From Thermodesulfovibrionales bacterium (lineage in GTDB: Bacteria > Nitrospirota > Thermodesulfovibrionia > Thermodesulfovibrionales > Dissulfurispiraceae), in assembly GCA_020062545.1 (NCBI GenBank), contig JAGUWD010000029.1:15672-79671 (forward strand): DNA of 64,000 nucleotides. Direction: 5' to 3'. Below the pieces are notes generated by a model. It had not been told where the DNA came from. It did not search any database and saw only the letters and a program-made list of their open reading frames with translations. Made by a program: the position numbers and the translations under genes. Shown piece by piece: positions 1-9,940 of this stretch (positions are counted from its first letter, which is position 1; the number at the start of each line of letters is the position of its first letter).

Positions 1-1203
1 AGGGAGCAGATAGAATCCGATATAAACATCCTGACCACTATTGCGCGACTCCTCGATAAATATGTACCGGAAAGCAGGTTCTTCAATCCCACCGGCATCG
101 TGGAGGAGTTCTCAAAGACGGTGAGGAAAGAGATGGATTTCGTGGAAGAGGCAAGGAATTGCTGCAGATTCAGAAAAAATTTCGAACATAACCTTGATGT
201 ATATATCCCAAGGATATATGCGGAGTTTGTCACAGACAGAGTGCTTGTAATGGAGATGGTGGAGGGAGTAAGGATTGATAATATAACCGCCATAGAGGAA
301 ATGGGACTTGACCGGAAAAGGCTTGCGAAAACAGGCGTGGATGCGTACTTCAAACAGACACTGGAAGATGGTTTTTTCCATGCAGACCCTCATCCCGGCA
401 ATATTCTTGTCATGCCTACAGGTATGATTGCATTTTTAGATTTCGGCATTGTTGGAAGGGTCTCCGAGGAGCTCAAAGAGACCATGGCAGATACATTCCT
501 TGCGCTTATCCACAGGGATTTTGACAGGCTTATAGATAACTATGTGGAGCTTGGCATTGTCCCCGAGCATGTTGATATAGATGCTTTCAGAAAGGATTTC
601 AAGACGGACCTCAGGGATTTACTGGAGCCACTCTATGGACTTACGCTGCAAGAAATAAACTTTGCGCAGTACCTCGATACCATCACCCACCTTGCGATTA
701 AACATAATCTGAAAATACCTTCTGACCTTTTGTTGATCAACAAGGCTATGCTAATTCTTGAAAACATCGGGTTGCAGCTCGACCCCAACTTCGATTTTAT
801 TGCCGCAGCAGAACCATACGCTTCACGGATTATCAAAAAGAGGATAAGCCCCTCGCGGCTTTACGATAAGGCACGGAAGAATGTCATGGAGATAGGCGAT
901 TTTGCATTCCTCTTTCCGAGGCAGATGAAGCAGATAATAAAAAAGGCACTGAAGGACGATGTTCAGATAAAGATGTTTCATGTAAACCTTCCTGAATTCA
1001 TAAAAGACATGGACAGGTCGAGCAACAGGATCGCCTTTGCCCTGATCGTGAGTGCCATGCTTATAAGTTCTGCAATAATGCATGCGACAAAGGTTCCTCC
1101 AACCATATTCGGCATTTCCCTTTTTGGTATTTCCGCCTTTGGCCTTGCATTTCTCCTGGGTATCTGGCTCATCATCTCCATAATTCGTTCAGGAAGGCTG
1201 TAA
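1..1203 (+). CDS. ubiB: UbiB/ABC1-family atypical kinase-like protein (5' end cut by window edge)
   Basis: Frame is open from nt 1 (REQIESDINIL...) into listed ORF 100..1203; ABC1 motifs FFHADPHPGNILV and IAFLDFG; two C-terminal TM helices. Confidence 0.8.
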   Translation, partial: REQIESDINILTTIARLLDKYVPESRFFNPTGIVEEFSKTVRKEMDFVEEARNCCRFRKNFEHNLDVYIPRIYAEFVTDRVLVMEMVEGVRIDNITAIEEMGLDRKRLAKTGVDAYFKQTLEDGFFHADPHPGNILVMPTGMIAFLDFGIVGRVSEELKETMADTFLALIHRDFDRLIDNYVELGIVPEHVDIDAFRKDFKTDLRDLLEPLYGLTLQEINFAQYLDTITHLAIKHNLKIPSDLLLINKAMLILENIGLQLDPNFDFIAAAEPYASRIIKKRISPSRLYDKARKNVMEIGDFAFLFPRQMKQIIKKALKDDVQIKMFHVNLPEFIKDMDRSSNRIAFALIVSAMLISSAIMHATKVPPTIFGISLFGISAFGLAFLLGIWLIISIIRSGRL

Positions 1204-1226
1204 AGAAAAATTAACCCGGAAAAAAC

Positions 1227-1255
1227 TTGACAAATTTTTTAAAATAGGATAATAT
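1227..1255 (+). promoter_or_regulatory. sigma-70-like promoter ahead of the Rrf2 gene
   Basis: TTGACA 1227-1232, 17-nt spacer, TAATAT 1250-1255; only about 11 nt before ATG 1267, so a very short leader. Confidence 0.4.
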
Positions 1256-1266
1256 TACTCCAGATT

Positions 1267-1674
1267 ATGGAAATCACACGTGAAACAGACTATGCAATAA
1301 GATGCGTACTCCATCTGTCTGAGTCACCCAATGACGTCATAATGGTGGATGAGATCGCAAAGGCAAAGTCCATACCGAAGAGTTTCCTCTCAAAAATACT
1401 CCAAAAGCTTGCAAAGGCAAATATCGTGAAATCATACAGGGGTGTGAAGGGCGGCTTCCAGATAGCAAAGGCCCCGAGGGAGATAAACCTGCTCAATGTC
1501 ATAGAGGCTATAGAGGGCCCGGTTGCCATGAACAGATGTGCAGTTGACAAGAAGGTTTGCAGTTTGATCTGTAATTGTGTGGTACACCCTATATGGGTTG
1601 ATTTGAGAAAGGACGTTGAAAAGAAGCTGAGAAGAACCGATTTTGCAAAGCTTATAGAATCGCAGAAACGGTAA
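1267..1674 (+). CDS. Rrf2-family (IscR/NsrR-like) transcriptional regulator
   Basis: N-terminal wHTH pattern TDYAIRCVLHLS...SIPKSFLSKILQKL; C-terminal Cys cluster C-x7-C-x3-C-x-C typical of Fe-S-binding Rrf2 proteins. Confidence 0.85.
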   Translation: MEITRETDYAIRCVLHLSESPNDVIMVDEIAKAKSIPKSFLSKILQKLAKANIVKSYRGVKGGFQIAKAPREINLLNVIEAIEGPVAMNRCAVDKKVCSLICNCVVHPIWVDLRKDVEKKLRRTDFAKLIESQKR

Positions 1675-1901
1675 AAAATTTTTTGAACCAAAACAAGATG
1701 TTTCTCATCTTTTTTAATGGCTATATTTAGAACAGATTCTGTTCTGTATTTAAACCATAAGAGGAGGGTTTAAAAAATGGCAGAGGACACATCGTATGAA
1801 TGGAAACCTGTCAAAGTTTCGCTCTCTCCGGGATGTTCTGGGGGGGAATCTTTCGAAAACCGTCAGAAAACATTTCTTTGCGGGGTAAAAGGAGGAGATT
1901 T

Positions 1902-3248
1902 ATGGATGCGTTAACACTCAGCAGGTTGCAGTTTGCGGCCACTGCCGCATTCCACTTTATTTTTGTGCCGTTGACGCTTGGCCTTTCTATTCTTGTGGCG
2001 TATATGGAGAGCCTTTATGTCCGCACCAATGATGAACAGTATCTGAAAATGACGAAGTTCTGGGGCAAGCTCTTTCTTATCAACTTCGCTCTCGGTGTTG
2101 TAACAGGCATTACTATGGAATTCCAGTTTGGCATGAATTGGGCAGAATATTCGAAATATGTGGGCGATATATTTGGTGCACCGCTGGCAATCGAGGCGAC
2201 TGTGGCATTTTTCCTTGAATCCACATTTATAGGGTTGTGGATATTCGGATGGAATAAGGTATCTAAAAAGGTGCATGCATTGTCTATCTGGCTGGTAGCA
2301 ATTGCAACAAATCTTTCTGCATTGTGGATACTCCTTGCAAATGGATGGATGCAGAAACCAGTTGGTTATATATTAAGAAATAACAGGGCAGAAATGGTCG
2401 ACTTCATGGCATTGGTGACAAATCCATATGGATGGCTGAAGTTTTCACATACATTGCTGTCTGGTTATGTCATTGCCGCATTTTTTGTGATGGGTATATC
2501 CGCCTATCATCTGCTCAAGAAAAATAAAATGGATTTCTTTAAGAGGTCTTTTAAAATGGGTGCAACCTTTGCCCTTTTTACTTCCATATTATTGTTCATC
2601 GTCGGCGATTTTCATGCAGCCATGGTTGCAAAGTCGCAGCCAACAAAGTTTGCAGCCATGGAATCTTTGTGGGAAACACAAAAGGCGGTGCCATACAATC
2701 TTTTATTAATACCCGACCCTGCAAATGAGAGAAATGCTGCCGAGGCTGTCGGAATACCAAAGCTTTTGAGCTTTCTGGCATTCCATGACGGCAATGCAGA
2801 GGTAAAAGGTCTTAAAGAGTTCCCGAAGGGAGACAGGCCTCCTGTCATGATAACGTTCCTAAGCTTTAGAGGAATGGCTGCACTTGGCATACTCTTTATG
2901 CTGCTGTCCATTATAAGCTATGTGGTTTCAAAGAGGGACAGGCTTGAGTCCAATACAACCCTGCTCAGGATCATGCTTTATTCCATCCCTTTACCATATA
3001 TAGCAGGCCAGTTAGGCTGGCTTGTAGCAGAAGTCGGCAGGCAGCCATGGATTGTGTATGGTGTTCTAAGGACATCTGATGCAGTTTCTAAAGCTATTAC
3101 TCCATCACAGGTATGGGTATCGCTTATTGGCTTCACACTTTTTTATGGATTGCTCGGTATCATTGATATATACCTACTGGCAAAATACTCTAAAAAGGGT
3201 CCCGATGACGACCTTTCATCAATAATTAAAACGTCGAGGGAGGTGTAA
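1902..3248 (+). CDS. cydA: cytochrome bd ubiquinol oxidase subunit I
   Basis: MDALTLSRLQFAATAAFHFIFVPLTLG and GAPLAIEATVAFFLESTF signatures; RBS aaggagg 6 nt before ATG 1902; the 34 upstream codons of listed ORF 1800.. look non-coding. Confidence 0.93.
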   Translation: MDALTLSRLQFAATAAFHFIFVPLTLGLSILVAYMESLYVRTNDEQYLKMTKFWGKLFLINFALGVVTGITMEFQFGMNWAEYSKYVGDIFGAPLAIEATVAFFLESTFIGLWIFGWNKVSKKVHALSIWLVAIATNLSALWILLANGWMQKPVGYILRNNRAEMVDFMALVTNPYGWLKFSHTLLSGYVIAAFFVMGISAYHLLKKNKMDFFKRSFKMGATFALFTSILLFIVGDFHAAMVAKSQPTKFAAMESLWETQKAVPYNLLLIPDPANERNAAEAVGIPKLLSFLAFHDGNAEVKGLKEFPKGDRPPVMITFLSFRGMAALGILFMLLSIISYVVSKRDRLESNTTLLRIMLYSIPLPYIAGQLGWLVAEVGRQPWIVYGVLRTSDAVSKAITPSQVWVSLIGFTLFYGLLGIIDIYLLAKYSKKGPDDDLSSIIKTSREV

Positions 3249-3249
3249 T

Positions 3250-4278
3250 ATGGAATTCCAGATAATATGGTTTATACTCTGGGGAACACTGTGGGCAGTT
3301 TACTTCATGCTTGATGGTTTTGATTTCGGCGCCGGTATCCTGCATAGCTTTCTTGCAAAAAATGATGCTGAAAAAAGGGTAATCATAAATACTGTCGGGC
3401 CTGTGTGGGATGGAAACGAGGTGTGGCTTATTACTGCTGGAGGAGCCACATTCGCTGCTTTCCCTACAACATATGCCCTGATGTTCAGCTATTTATACTC
3501 GGCCCTGCTGATAATCCTATTTGCATTGATATTCAGGGGAGTTGCCTTTGAATTCAGGGGGAAGGTGGACAGCGACGGCTGGAAAAAGGGATGGGACATA
3601 GCCATATTCCTCGGTAGTTTCGTTCCGGCATTATTATTTGGCGTGGCCTTTGGCAACATCTTTCAGGGATTGCCTATGGATGCAGAGGGATACCACGGGA
3701 CACTGTTTACACTTCTGAATCCTTACGGACTGCTTACAGGCATTCTCTTTGTTTTATTGTTTGTTGTCCATGGCGCCTTGTGGCTCTCTGTGAAAACAGA
3801 CGGTGACATAAGCAAGAGGGCGTCAAGGGTTGCAAATAAAACATGGTATGCGCTTCTGATCGTGGCTGTATTGTTTCTGATCCATACTGCATTTGCCACG
3901 AAACTGTATGCAAACTATCTGCAGAACATGGTGTGGCTTGTTGTACCGGTAATCGCTGTCCTTGCGCTCTTAGGAATAAAACTCTTTGCATCAAAGGGAC
4001 AACACCTGAAGGCATTCTATTCATCATGTCTGACCATTGTCATGATTACCTTCACCGGTGTGATAGGTCTTTATCCAAACCTTATTCCGTCGAGTATTGA
4101 CCCGAAGTACAGCCTGACCATCTTTAATTCTTCATCCAGTATCTATACCCTGAAGATAATGACGGTTGTTGCCCTGTTGTTTGTGCCTGTTGTCATTGCA
4201 TATCAGATATGGGTATACAGGATTTTCAGGCATAAGCTGACAGTGGATGGTGTTATAAAGGATAAGGAGGCATATTAA
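3250..4278 (+). CDS. cydB: cytochrome bd ubiquinol oxidase subunit II
   Basis: Start abuts cydA stop; WFILWGTLWAVYFMLDGFDFGAG.. N-terminus and VWDGNEVWL motif typical of CydB. Confidence 0.92.
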   Translation: MEFQIIWFILWGTLWAVYFMLDGFDFGAGILHSFLAKNDAEKRVIINTVGPVWDGNEVWLITAGGATFAAFPTTYALMFSYLYSALLIILFALIFRGVAFEFRGKVDSDGWKKGWDIAIFLGSFVPALLFGVAFGNIFQGLPMDAEGYHGTLFTLLNPYGLLTGILFVLLFVVHGALWLSVKTDGDISKRASRVANKTWYALLIVAVLFLIHTAFATKLYANYLQNMVWLVVPVIAVLALLGIKLFASKGQHLKAFYSSCLTIVMITFTGVIGLYPNLIPSSIDPKYSLTIFNSSSSIYTLKIMTVVALLFVPVVIAYQIWVYRIFRHKLTVDGVIKDKEAY

Positions 4279-4297
4279 AAGAGATGGAAGTTTTTAA

Positions 4298-4330
4298 TTA
4301 GGGAGGCATACCGTGTCTCCCTAATTTTTT
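4298..4330 (+). terminator. intrinsic terminator after cydB
   Basis: ttagggag / ctccctaa 8-bp stem, 11-nt loop, followed by TTTTTT (4325-4330). Confidence 0.7.
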
Positions 4331-4351
4331 GGGAGTTAAAGCTGTTCTCCT

Positions 4352-4379
4352 TTGATAATTTGTGATATAGTGATAAAAT
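4352..4379 (+). promoter_or_regulatory. sigma-70-like promoter for the bd-like module
   Basis: TTGATA 4352-4357, 16-nt spacer, TAAAAT 4374-4379; RBS aaggagg precedes ATG 4409. Confidence 0.35.
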
Positions 4380-4408
4380 TTATTAACTGTTGAAAAAGGA
4401 GGCTGCCT

Positions 4409-5719
4409 ATGTATCCTATATGGGAAGTGCCGAATTTAAGCGCCGGCATTATACTTGGGATTATCGCAACCTTCCATATCCTGCCCTCCCATCTCTCTGT
4501 AAGTGCCATGTGGTTCAATCTATATGTCGAGACAAAGGCATACAGGGAAAACAGGCCGGAATATCTCGAATTCATTAAAAAATACACTCTGCTCCTGCTC
4601 GTGTTTGCCTATGTCCTTGGTTCCTTGAGCGGCGTCGGAATCTGGTATTCCGCCACAGTAGCTAATCCGAGGGGCCTATCAGGTTTGATACACAACTATG
4701 TATGGGGATGGGCGGCGGAATGGGTCTTTTTCATTGTCGAGGTGATAGGGATATTTGTCTATTATTACACTCTGAACAAGGTGGATATAAAGACCCATCT
4801 GAAAATCGGTTGGATATTTGCAATTGCATCATGGATAACAATGATTATCATTACAGGAATCCTTTCTTTCATGCTTTCCCCTGGCAAATGGCCGCAGACA
4901 GGGAATTTCTTCGATGGCTTTTTTAACCAGACATACTGGTCCCAGCTTTCTGTAAGGACGACTGTAATGTTCGGCATCGGGGCTGGTTATGCCATAGCTG
5001 TTTCAGCGAGGTTAAAGAATGACGATGTGAGAAAATTGATTGTGAAAACAGCATCCAGATGGGGCATTGCCGGTTTATTCCTCGGCGCTTTAGCAGTGCA
5101 GTGGTATCTCAAGACCCTTCCTGAAAACGCACATGGATTGCTCGGTTCCGTTGTTCCAAAAGGACTCAAGACAGGGATGGTGGTTTCTTTTGGTGCAATG
5201 ATATTGTACTTTGTGTACGCCCATATAAAACCCCTTGCCATCAGGATTGTTCCTGCAATTTTAGCGATAGCCGTTCTTTTTGTCGGGATATGGTCTGCCG
5301 AGAGAGTGAGGGAGATTATCAGAAAACCATATGTTATATCCCATTATATGTATTCAAACCAGATAATCGGAAGCGATGTCCGATCAAAGGGTGTTAAAGC
5401 AGAGGCGGATTTGATTAATGAAAGAGGGATTCTTAAGATTGCGCCGTTTGTACCGTCTGGTTTGAGGGACATAAATGAAGGGAATAAGCTTCAGGCAGGG
5501 AAGATGATAGCAATTATTGAGTGTTCGTCATGCCATGTGCTCGATGAAAATGGATTGAGATCCCTGCCCAAGATGATGAAAAGGCTCGGTTTTAAAGATG
5601 CGGAGGTTGTAGAGGGCTTTCTGGATGCACTCGCTGGATTTCCTTACATGCCGCCATTTCATGGGACAGCGGCTGAAAAGAAGGCACTTGCAGCCTATCT
5701 TGTTTCGTTTAATAAATAA
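4409..5719 (+). CDS. CydA-like (bd-like) polytopic membrane protein fused to a C-terminal monohaem cytochrome c domain
   Basis: About 9-10 hydrophobic helices; ATFHILP and AAEWVFFIVEV echo the haem-ligand/Glu region of the adjacent true cydA; C-terminal soluble domain with a single CSSCH and YMPPF. Confidence 0.45.
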   Translation: MYPIWEVPNLSAGIILGIIATFHILPSHLSVSAMWFNLYVETKAYRENRPEYLEFIKKYTLLLLVFAYVLGSLSGVGIWYSATVANPRGLSGLIHNYVWGWAAEWVFFIVEVIGIFVYYYTLNKVDIKTHLKIGWIFAIASWITMIIITGILSFMLSPGKWPQTGNFFDGFFNQTYWSQLSVRTTVMFGIGAGYAIAVSARLKNDDVRKLIVKTASRWGIAGLFLGALAVQWYLKTLPENAHGLLGSVVPKGLKTGMVVSFGAMILYFVYAHIKPLAIRIVPAILAIAVLFVGIWSAERVREIIRKPYVISHYMYSNQIIGSDVRSKGVKAEADLINERGILKIAPFVPSGLRDINEGNKLQAGKMIAIIECSSCHVLDENGLRSLPKMMKRLGFKDAEVVEGFLDALAGFPYMPPFHGTAAEKKALAAYLVSFNK

Positions 5720-5771
5720 TTCAATAGGTAAGAAGCATGGCTGACTTGAGCGGATTGGAGGAGGTTTAAGC

Positions 5772-6983
5772 ATGGATGTAGGGACAATGATAAAAACTTT
5801 GCAGGACCCGATGGGCATCCCCTTTTATCCCATTTTATTTCAGGTGCTCATGATACTTACTTTTTCACTGCACATCATGTTTGTAAATTTTGTTATTGGC
5901 GCATCCTTTTTAACGCTTTATGGATATATAAAAGGATCGACTTACTGGAAAGACCTTTCCAGATCAATGGCGAGGGCTACAACAGCAAGTGCATCAATGG
6001 CCATACTTCTTGGTGTGGCGCCTCTGCTATTTGTTCAGGTTATATATGATGTTTTCTGGTATGCATCGAATATGCTTTCTGCCGCATGGGTGATCGGATT
6101 TATCCTGATATTGATGACTGCATACAGCCTTACATATATCTTTTATCTTAAGAGGGATTCTAAGGGTAATAGCTTTGCTATATTCGGAATCATTGCCTTT
6201 GCCCTTTTCATATTTGCCGGAGTTATTATGCATGCACTCGGTTATCAGCTCCTGCAGCCGGCGAAATGGCTTGATTGGTATGTAAGAGGGGACACAGCGG
6301 ATACATCCGGCGTGTCCCTGCATGCCTTTCAGCTTTCGAGATTTCTCCATTTCATAGTCCCGTCTTTTGCCATGACAGGCATACTCCTCATGTTATATGC
6401 ATGGTATTTTAAAGACAGGAATGATAAAGACAAGGAATATCTGCAGTGGGTTGGAAAGATGGGCGCAAATATGGCCTTTGTCTTTACTGCAATACAGGCT
6501 GCTGCAGGCTTATGGTGGCTTCTCAGTTTGCCGTCTAAGTTCAGGTTTTTCTTGGATCCATTCTTTCTGATTAGCGCAGGGCTTGGGATTGTATTATTGG
6601 TTTACCTTTATTCTGCAAGAAAAGACCCTGTGAGATATGCAGTGCCGGGCATTCTTCTTGCATTTCTGACTATATTGGGGATGTCGTATGCAAGGGAATC
6701 TTTGAGGATGAAGTATCTCGGCCGTTTTGATTATTCCATCTTCAATTATAAGCTGAACTTGGACTATGGAAGCACATTCCTCTTTTTATCCACATTTGCG
6801 GTCGGTCTGGTAATAGCAGGCTACCTCCTTGCTGTTGCATATAAATCGGGCAAAGCTGCAGGTGAATATGTTTCTACGCCATCAATGAACAGGTGGGGAA
6901 AGGTAAGCATAGCACTGCTTTTGATATGGATAGCTATTGTGGCCGGACTCGGCATTGTGATTTCGATAAAAAATTATTTGTAA
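5772..6983 (+). CDS. polytopic membrane protein, possible partner subunit of the bd-like protein
   Basis: 403 aa, 10-11 hydrophobic segments, 52 nt downstream of 4409-5719 on the same strand; no motif recognised. Confidence 0.35.
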   Translation: MDVGTMIKTLQDPMGIPFYPILFQVLMILTFSLHIMFVNFVIGASFLTLYGYIKGSTYWKDLSRSMARATTASASMAILLGVAPLLFVQVIYDVFWYASNMLSAAWVIGFILILMTAYSLTYIFYLKRDSKGNSFAIFGIIAFALFIFAGVIMHALGYQLLQPAKWLDWYVRGDTADTSGVSLHAFQLSRFLHFIVPSFAMTGILLMLYAWYFKDRNDKDKEYLQWVGKMGANMAFVFTAIQAAAGLWWLLSLPSKFRFFLDPFFLISAGLGIVLLVYLYSARKDPVRYAVPGILLAFLTILGMSYARESLRMKYLGRFDYSIFNYKLNLDYGSTFLFLSTFAVGLVIAGYLLAVAYKSGKAAGEYVSTPSMNRWGKVSIALLLIWIAIVAGLGIVISIKNYL

Positions 6984-6987
6984 CTCA

Positions 6988-7022
6988 ATAAGGCGGAATG
7001 TCTTTTTGACATTCCACCTTAT
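6988..7022. terminator. bidirectional hairpin between convergent genes
   Basis: ataaggcggaatgtc / gacattccaccttat, 15-bp stem with one mismatch, loop tttttt-like; lies between stop 6983 (+) and stop 7026 (-). Confidence 0.55.
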
Positions 7023-7025
7023 TAA

Positions 7026-8183
7026 TTATTTCTTTCTTGCTGCTTCTTTGATTATTTCCTGTCCGATGACGTTTCTCTGTATCTGGTTTGTGCCTTCGTA
7101 TATCTGGAGTATCTTTGCGTCCCTCATCATCTTCTCAACAGGATATTCCTTCATGTATCCGGAACCGCCCATGACCTGAACAGCGTTAGTGGTGACCCTC
7201 ATCCCTACATCTGTTCCGAAGGTCTTTGCCATTGCAGAGGGCTTTGATATGTCCTTTGCGCCGCTGTCAATGTACCTTGCAACAGAATAGATGAGAGACC
7301 GCGCAGCCTCTATCTCGATAGCCATATCTGCAAGCATGTGCTGTACTGCCTGAAAACTTATAATCGGATGGCCGAACTGCTGCCTCTGCCGTGCAAATTT
7401 TACAGCCTCTTCAAATGCGCCCTGAGCAACGCCCAATCCCTGAGCGCCGACTCCTGTCCTTGAAGAGTCAAGGGTCTTCATTGCGACTATGAATCCCATG
7501 CCTTCTCTTCCGAGAATGTTTTCTTTTGGAATCCTGCAGTTGTCGAATATCAATTCCCTTGTGGATGATGCCCTTATGCCCATTTTGTTTTCTTTCTTTC
7601 CGAATGTGAAGCCTGGAGTTCCTTTTTCAACAACGAATGCGGATGCGCCCCTCGGCCCCTTTGATTTGTCTGTTATAGCGATTATAGTGTATATCTCTGC
7701 CTCTCCGCCGTTGGTAATCCACTGTTTTGTACCGTTTAAGACATATTCATTCCCTTCGAGTTTTGCGGTTGTCTGTATCCCTCCAGCATCGCTTCCGGCA
7801 TTTGCCTCTGTAAGGCCAAATGCAACCAGTCTTTTGCCTGCTGCAATGTCAGGCAGATATTTCTTTTTCTGCTCGTCGGTGCCGAAAAACAGTATTGGAT
7901 AGGTACCGAGGGCATTTGCCGCATATGTTGTAGATACGCCTACACAAGCCCTTGAAAGCTCTTCAACGGCTAAACAGAGTTCGAGACAGCCCTTGCCAAG
8001 GCCTCCGTACTCCTCTGGTATGAAAAGACCCATCATGTCTGACTGGGCAAGTGTCTTTATTATCTCCCATGGGTATTCATTTTTTTCATCAAGCTCTGCC
8101 CTTGCAGGCACTACCTTTTCCTCTGCGATCTGACGCGCAAGGTCTCGTATCATCTGCTGTTCTTCAGTTAAAAAATAGTCCAT
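7026..8183 (-). CDS. acyl-CoA dehydrogenase (short/medium-chain type)
   Basis: 385 aa; GLTEANAGSDAGG, QWITNGG, IYEGTNQIQR motifs of the ACAD family. Confidence 0.9.
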   Translation of the reverse strand: MDYFLTEEQQMIRDLARQIAEEKVVPARAELDEKNEYPWEIIKTLAQSDMMGLFIPEEYGGLGKGCLELCLAVEELSRACVGVSTTYAANALGTYPILFFGTDEQKKKYLPDIAAGKRLVAFGLTEANAGSDAGGIQTTAKLEGNEYVLNGTKQWITNGGEAEIYTIIAITDKSKGPRGASAFVVEKGTPGFTFGKKENKMGIRASSTRELIFDNCRIPKENILGREGMGFIVAMKTLDSSRTGVGAQGLGVAQGAFEEAVKFARQRQQFGHPIISFQAVQHMLADMAIEIEAARSLIYSVARYIDSGAKDISKPSAMAKTFGTDVGMRVTTNAVQVMGGSGYMKEYPVEKMMRDAKILQIYEGTNQIQRNVIGQEIIKEAARKK

Positions 8184-8201
8184 AGAAACCCTCCCATTTA
8201 T

Positions 8202-9545
8202 TTATCCGCTAATGTCGATTTCTTCTATCAAGAGGCTTGAAGCGCCTATATTACCATAAAATCGCAGATCATCGCCAACCATGACCACCTTTTTAAACAG
8301 GTCGAGGATATTGCCTGAAATCACCGCCTCTTTTACAGGATGCTTTATCTCTCCATTTTCTATCCATAATCCTGATGCACCTACAGAGAATTCCCCTGAA
8401 ATGGGGTTTGCAGTGTGCATGCCCATTGTTTCGATAACATAGATGCCTCTGTTAATATCTTTTACGAGATTTTCGAATCTTTTTGTATATTCCGCTGACG
8501 TTGGTTCTGAGTAGAGATTTGTGGGGCCTACCGTAGGAAGGCCTGTGAAGCCGCCTCGAACTGCATTTCCCGTGGATGCAATACCATCTTTCTTTGCTGT
8601 GTAAGTGTTATATAAATAGCCGTTTAAAATCCCTTTTCCGATTAATATCTTGTGAGATGTGGGGACGCCTTCGTCATCAACCGGTTTGCTGCCGAGTTTT
8701 CCATCGAGCAATCCGCTGTCTATAATATTGAGCCTGTCACTTATTACCACATCGCCTTTTTTGCCTGCAAGCATTGACTTCTTTTTTTGCACCGATTCGG
8801 ATGAAAGGGCTGACGAAAGTATGCCCAGAAATTCTGTGGAGACCGAATTGTCCAGAAGGACAAAGCCCTTAATAGAATTTATCTTCCGTGCCCCGAGGAG
8901 CTGTGCTGCCCTGCGTGCCGCAGTCCTGCCAACTTCCTCGAAAGATACATCCTTTAAAAACCTGCTTCCCTGATAATCCCATCCAAGCTGGCTTTCACTG
9001 CCTTCCTCTGCTATTGCCATTAATTGAGCCGAACATCCTGTGGATTGATAATGCGCATTTATGCCGTAAGAATTTACGATATAGGTATTGTTTGTGCTGA
9101 AGCTCCCTGACGCCTTCCTGATTTTCTTTATGCGATTGTCCCCATTAAACGCGGAACTTTCGATAAGGAGTGTACGATTTATGGCATCGCTTTCTGATAA
9201 TGAGGCTATGTCATTGTCAAAAATCAAAGGCTGGCTGATTGCTGAGGGCTGAAGGGCTGAAGGCAATTCAAGATAATCGTCAGGCTCGGAATACTTTGAT
9301 GCCTCTATTGCATTTTCTGCAACGGTATTCATTTCATCAGGGTTTGTGGAATAAGAAAACCCGAGGCGGTTATCCTTTATGACCCTGATGCAATATCCCA
9401 TGGTAATGGATGACTCGAGGGTATCTATCTTCTGCTCTTTGACCTCAATGCCGAGGCTCTTTGACGTTTTTACATAAACCTCTGCCTTATCAGCGCCCTT
9501 GCTTAAGGCAATTTCCATAAGTTTTAAAGCAAACTCTGTATTCAT
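8202..9545 (-). CDS. pmbA: TldD/PmbA-family metalloprotease
   Basis: 447 aa; family-typical C-terminal ...GMHTANPISGEFSVGASGLWIENGEI... Confidence 0.8.
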   Translation of the reverse strand: MNTEFALKLMEIALSKGADKAEVYVKTSKSLGIEVKEQKIDTLESSITMGYCIRVIKDNRLGFSYSTNPDEMNTVAENAIEASKYSEPDDYLELPSALQPSAISQPLIFDNDIASLSESDAINRTLLIESSAFNGDNRIKKIRKASGSFSTNNTYIVNSYGINAHYQSTGCSAQLMAIAEEGSESQLGWDYQGSRFLKDVSFEEVGRTAARRAAQLLGARKINSIKGFVLLDNSVSTEFLGILSSALSSESVQKKKSMLAGKKGDVVISDRLNIIDSGLLDGKLGSKPVDDEGVPTSHKILIGKGILNGYLYNTYTAKKDGIASTGNAVRGGFTGLPTVGPTNLYSEPTSAEYTKRFENLVKDINRGIYVIETMGMHTANPISGEFSVGASGLWIENGEIKHPVKEAVISGNILDLFKKVVMVGDDLRFYGNIGASSLLIEEIDISG

Positions 9546-9548
9546 TCC

Positions 9549-9926
9549 CTATTCCTCATAATATGTCGCAGATGCGGTTTCCGACTCCCATACAGTTACG
9601 GCAGAGACCTTTACATTGCTGTAGTAGTCGGTTAATTTTTTCTTTAAAGACTCAAATATCCATCTGGCTATGTTTTCTGACGATGGATTTTTCTCTGTAA
9701 AAGGGAATATATCGTTAAGGAATTTGTGATCAAGCTGGGCAACGATTTCATTGGTTATTTTCTTGAGGTCGTGGAAATCGATGGCAATATCTATTTCATT
9801 TAATTTGTCAGCGGTCACATATGCCTGCACCTTCCAGTTATGGCCGTGCAGGTTTTCGCATTTACCCTTATAGCCCCTTAATTGATGGGCTGAGGCAAAA
9901 GATGTCTCTATCATCAACTTATACAT
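9549..9926 (-). CDS. queD: 6-carboxy-5,6,7,8-tetrahydropterin synthase
   Basis: 125 aa; FSASHQL-type start (FASAHQLRGYKGKCENLHGHNW) of the PTPS/QueD family. Confidence 0.85.
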   Translation of the reverse strand: MYKLMIETSFASAHQLRGYKGKCENLHGHNWKVQAYVTADKLNEIDIAIDFHDLKKITNEIVAQLDHKFLNDIFPFTEKNPSSENIARWIFESLKKKLTDYYSNVKVSAVTVWESETASATYYEE

Positions 9927-9940
9927 AAAACCTCCAGTTT

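Noticed and set aside
1800-1901. N-terminal 34-codon extension of the listed cydA ORF
   Set aside because: No similarity to CydA. A strong RBS and the canonical MDALTLSRLQFA start are at 1902.
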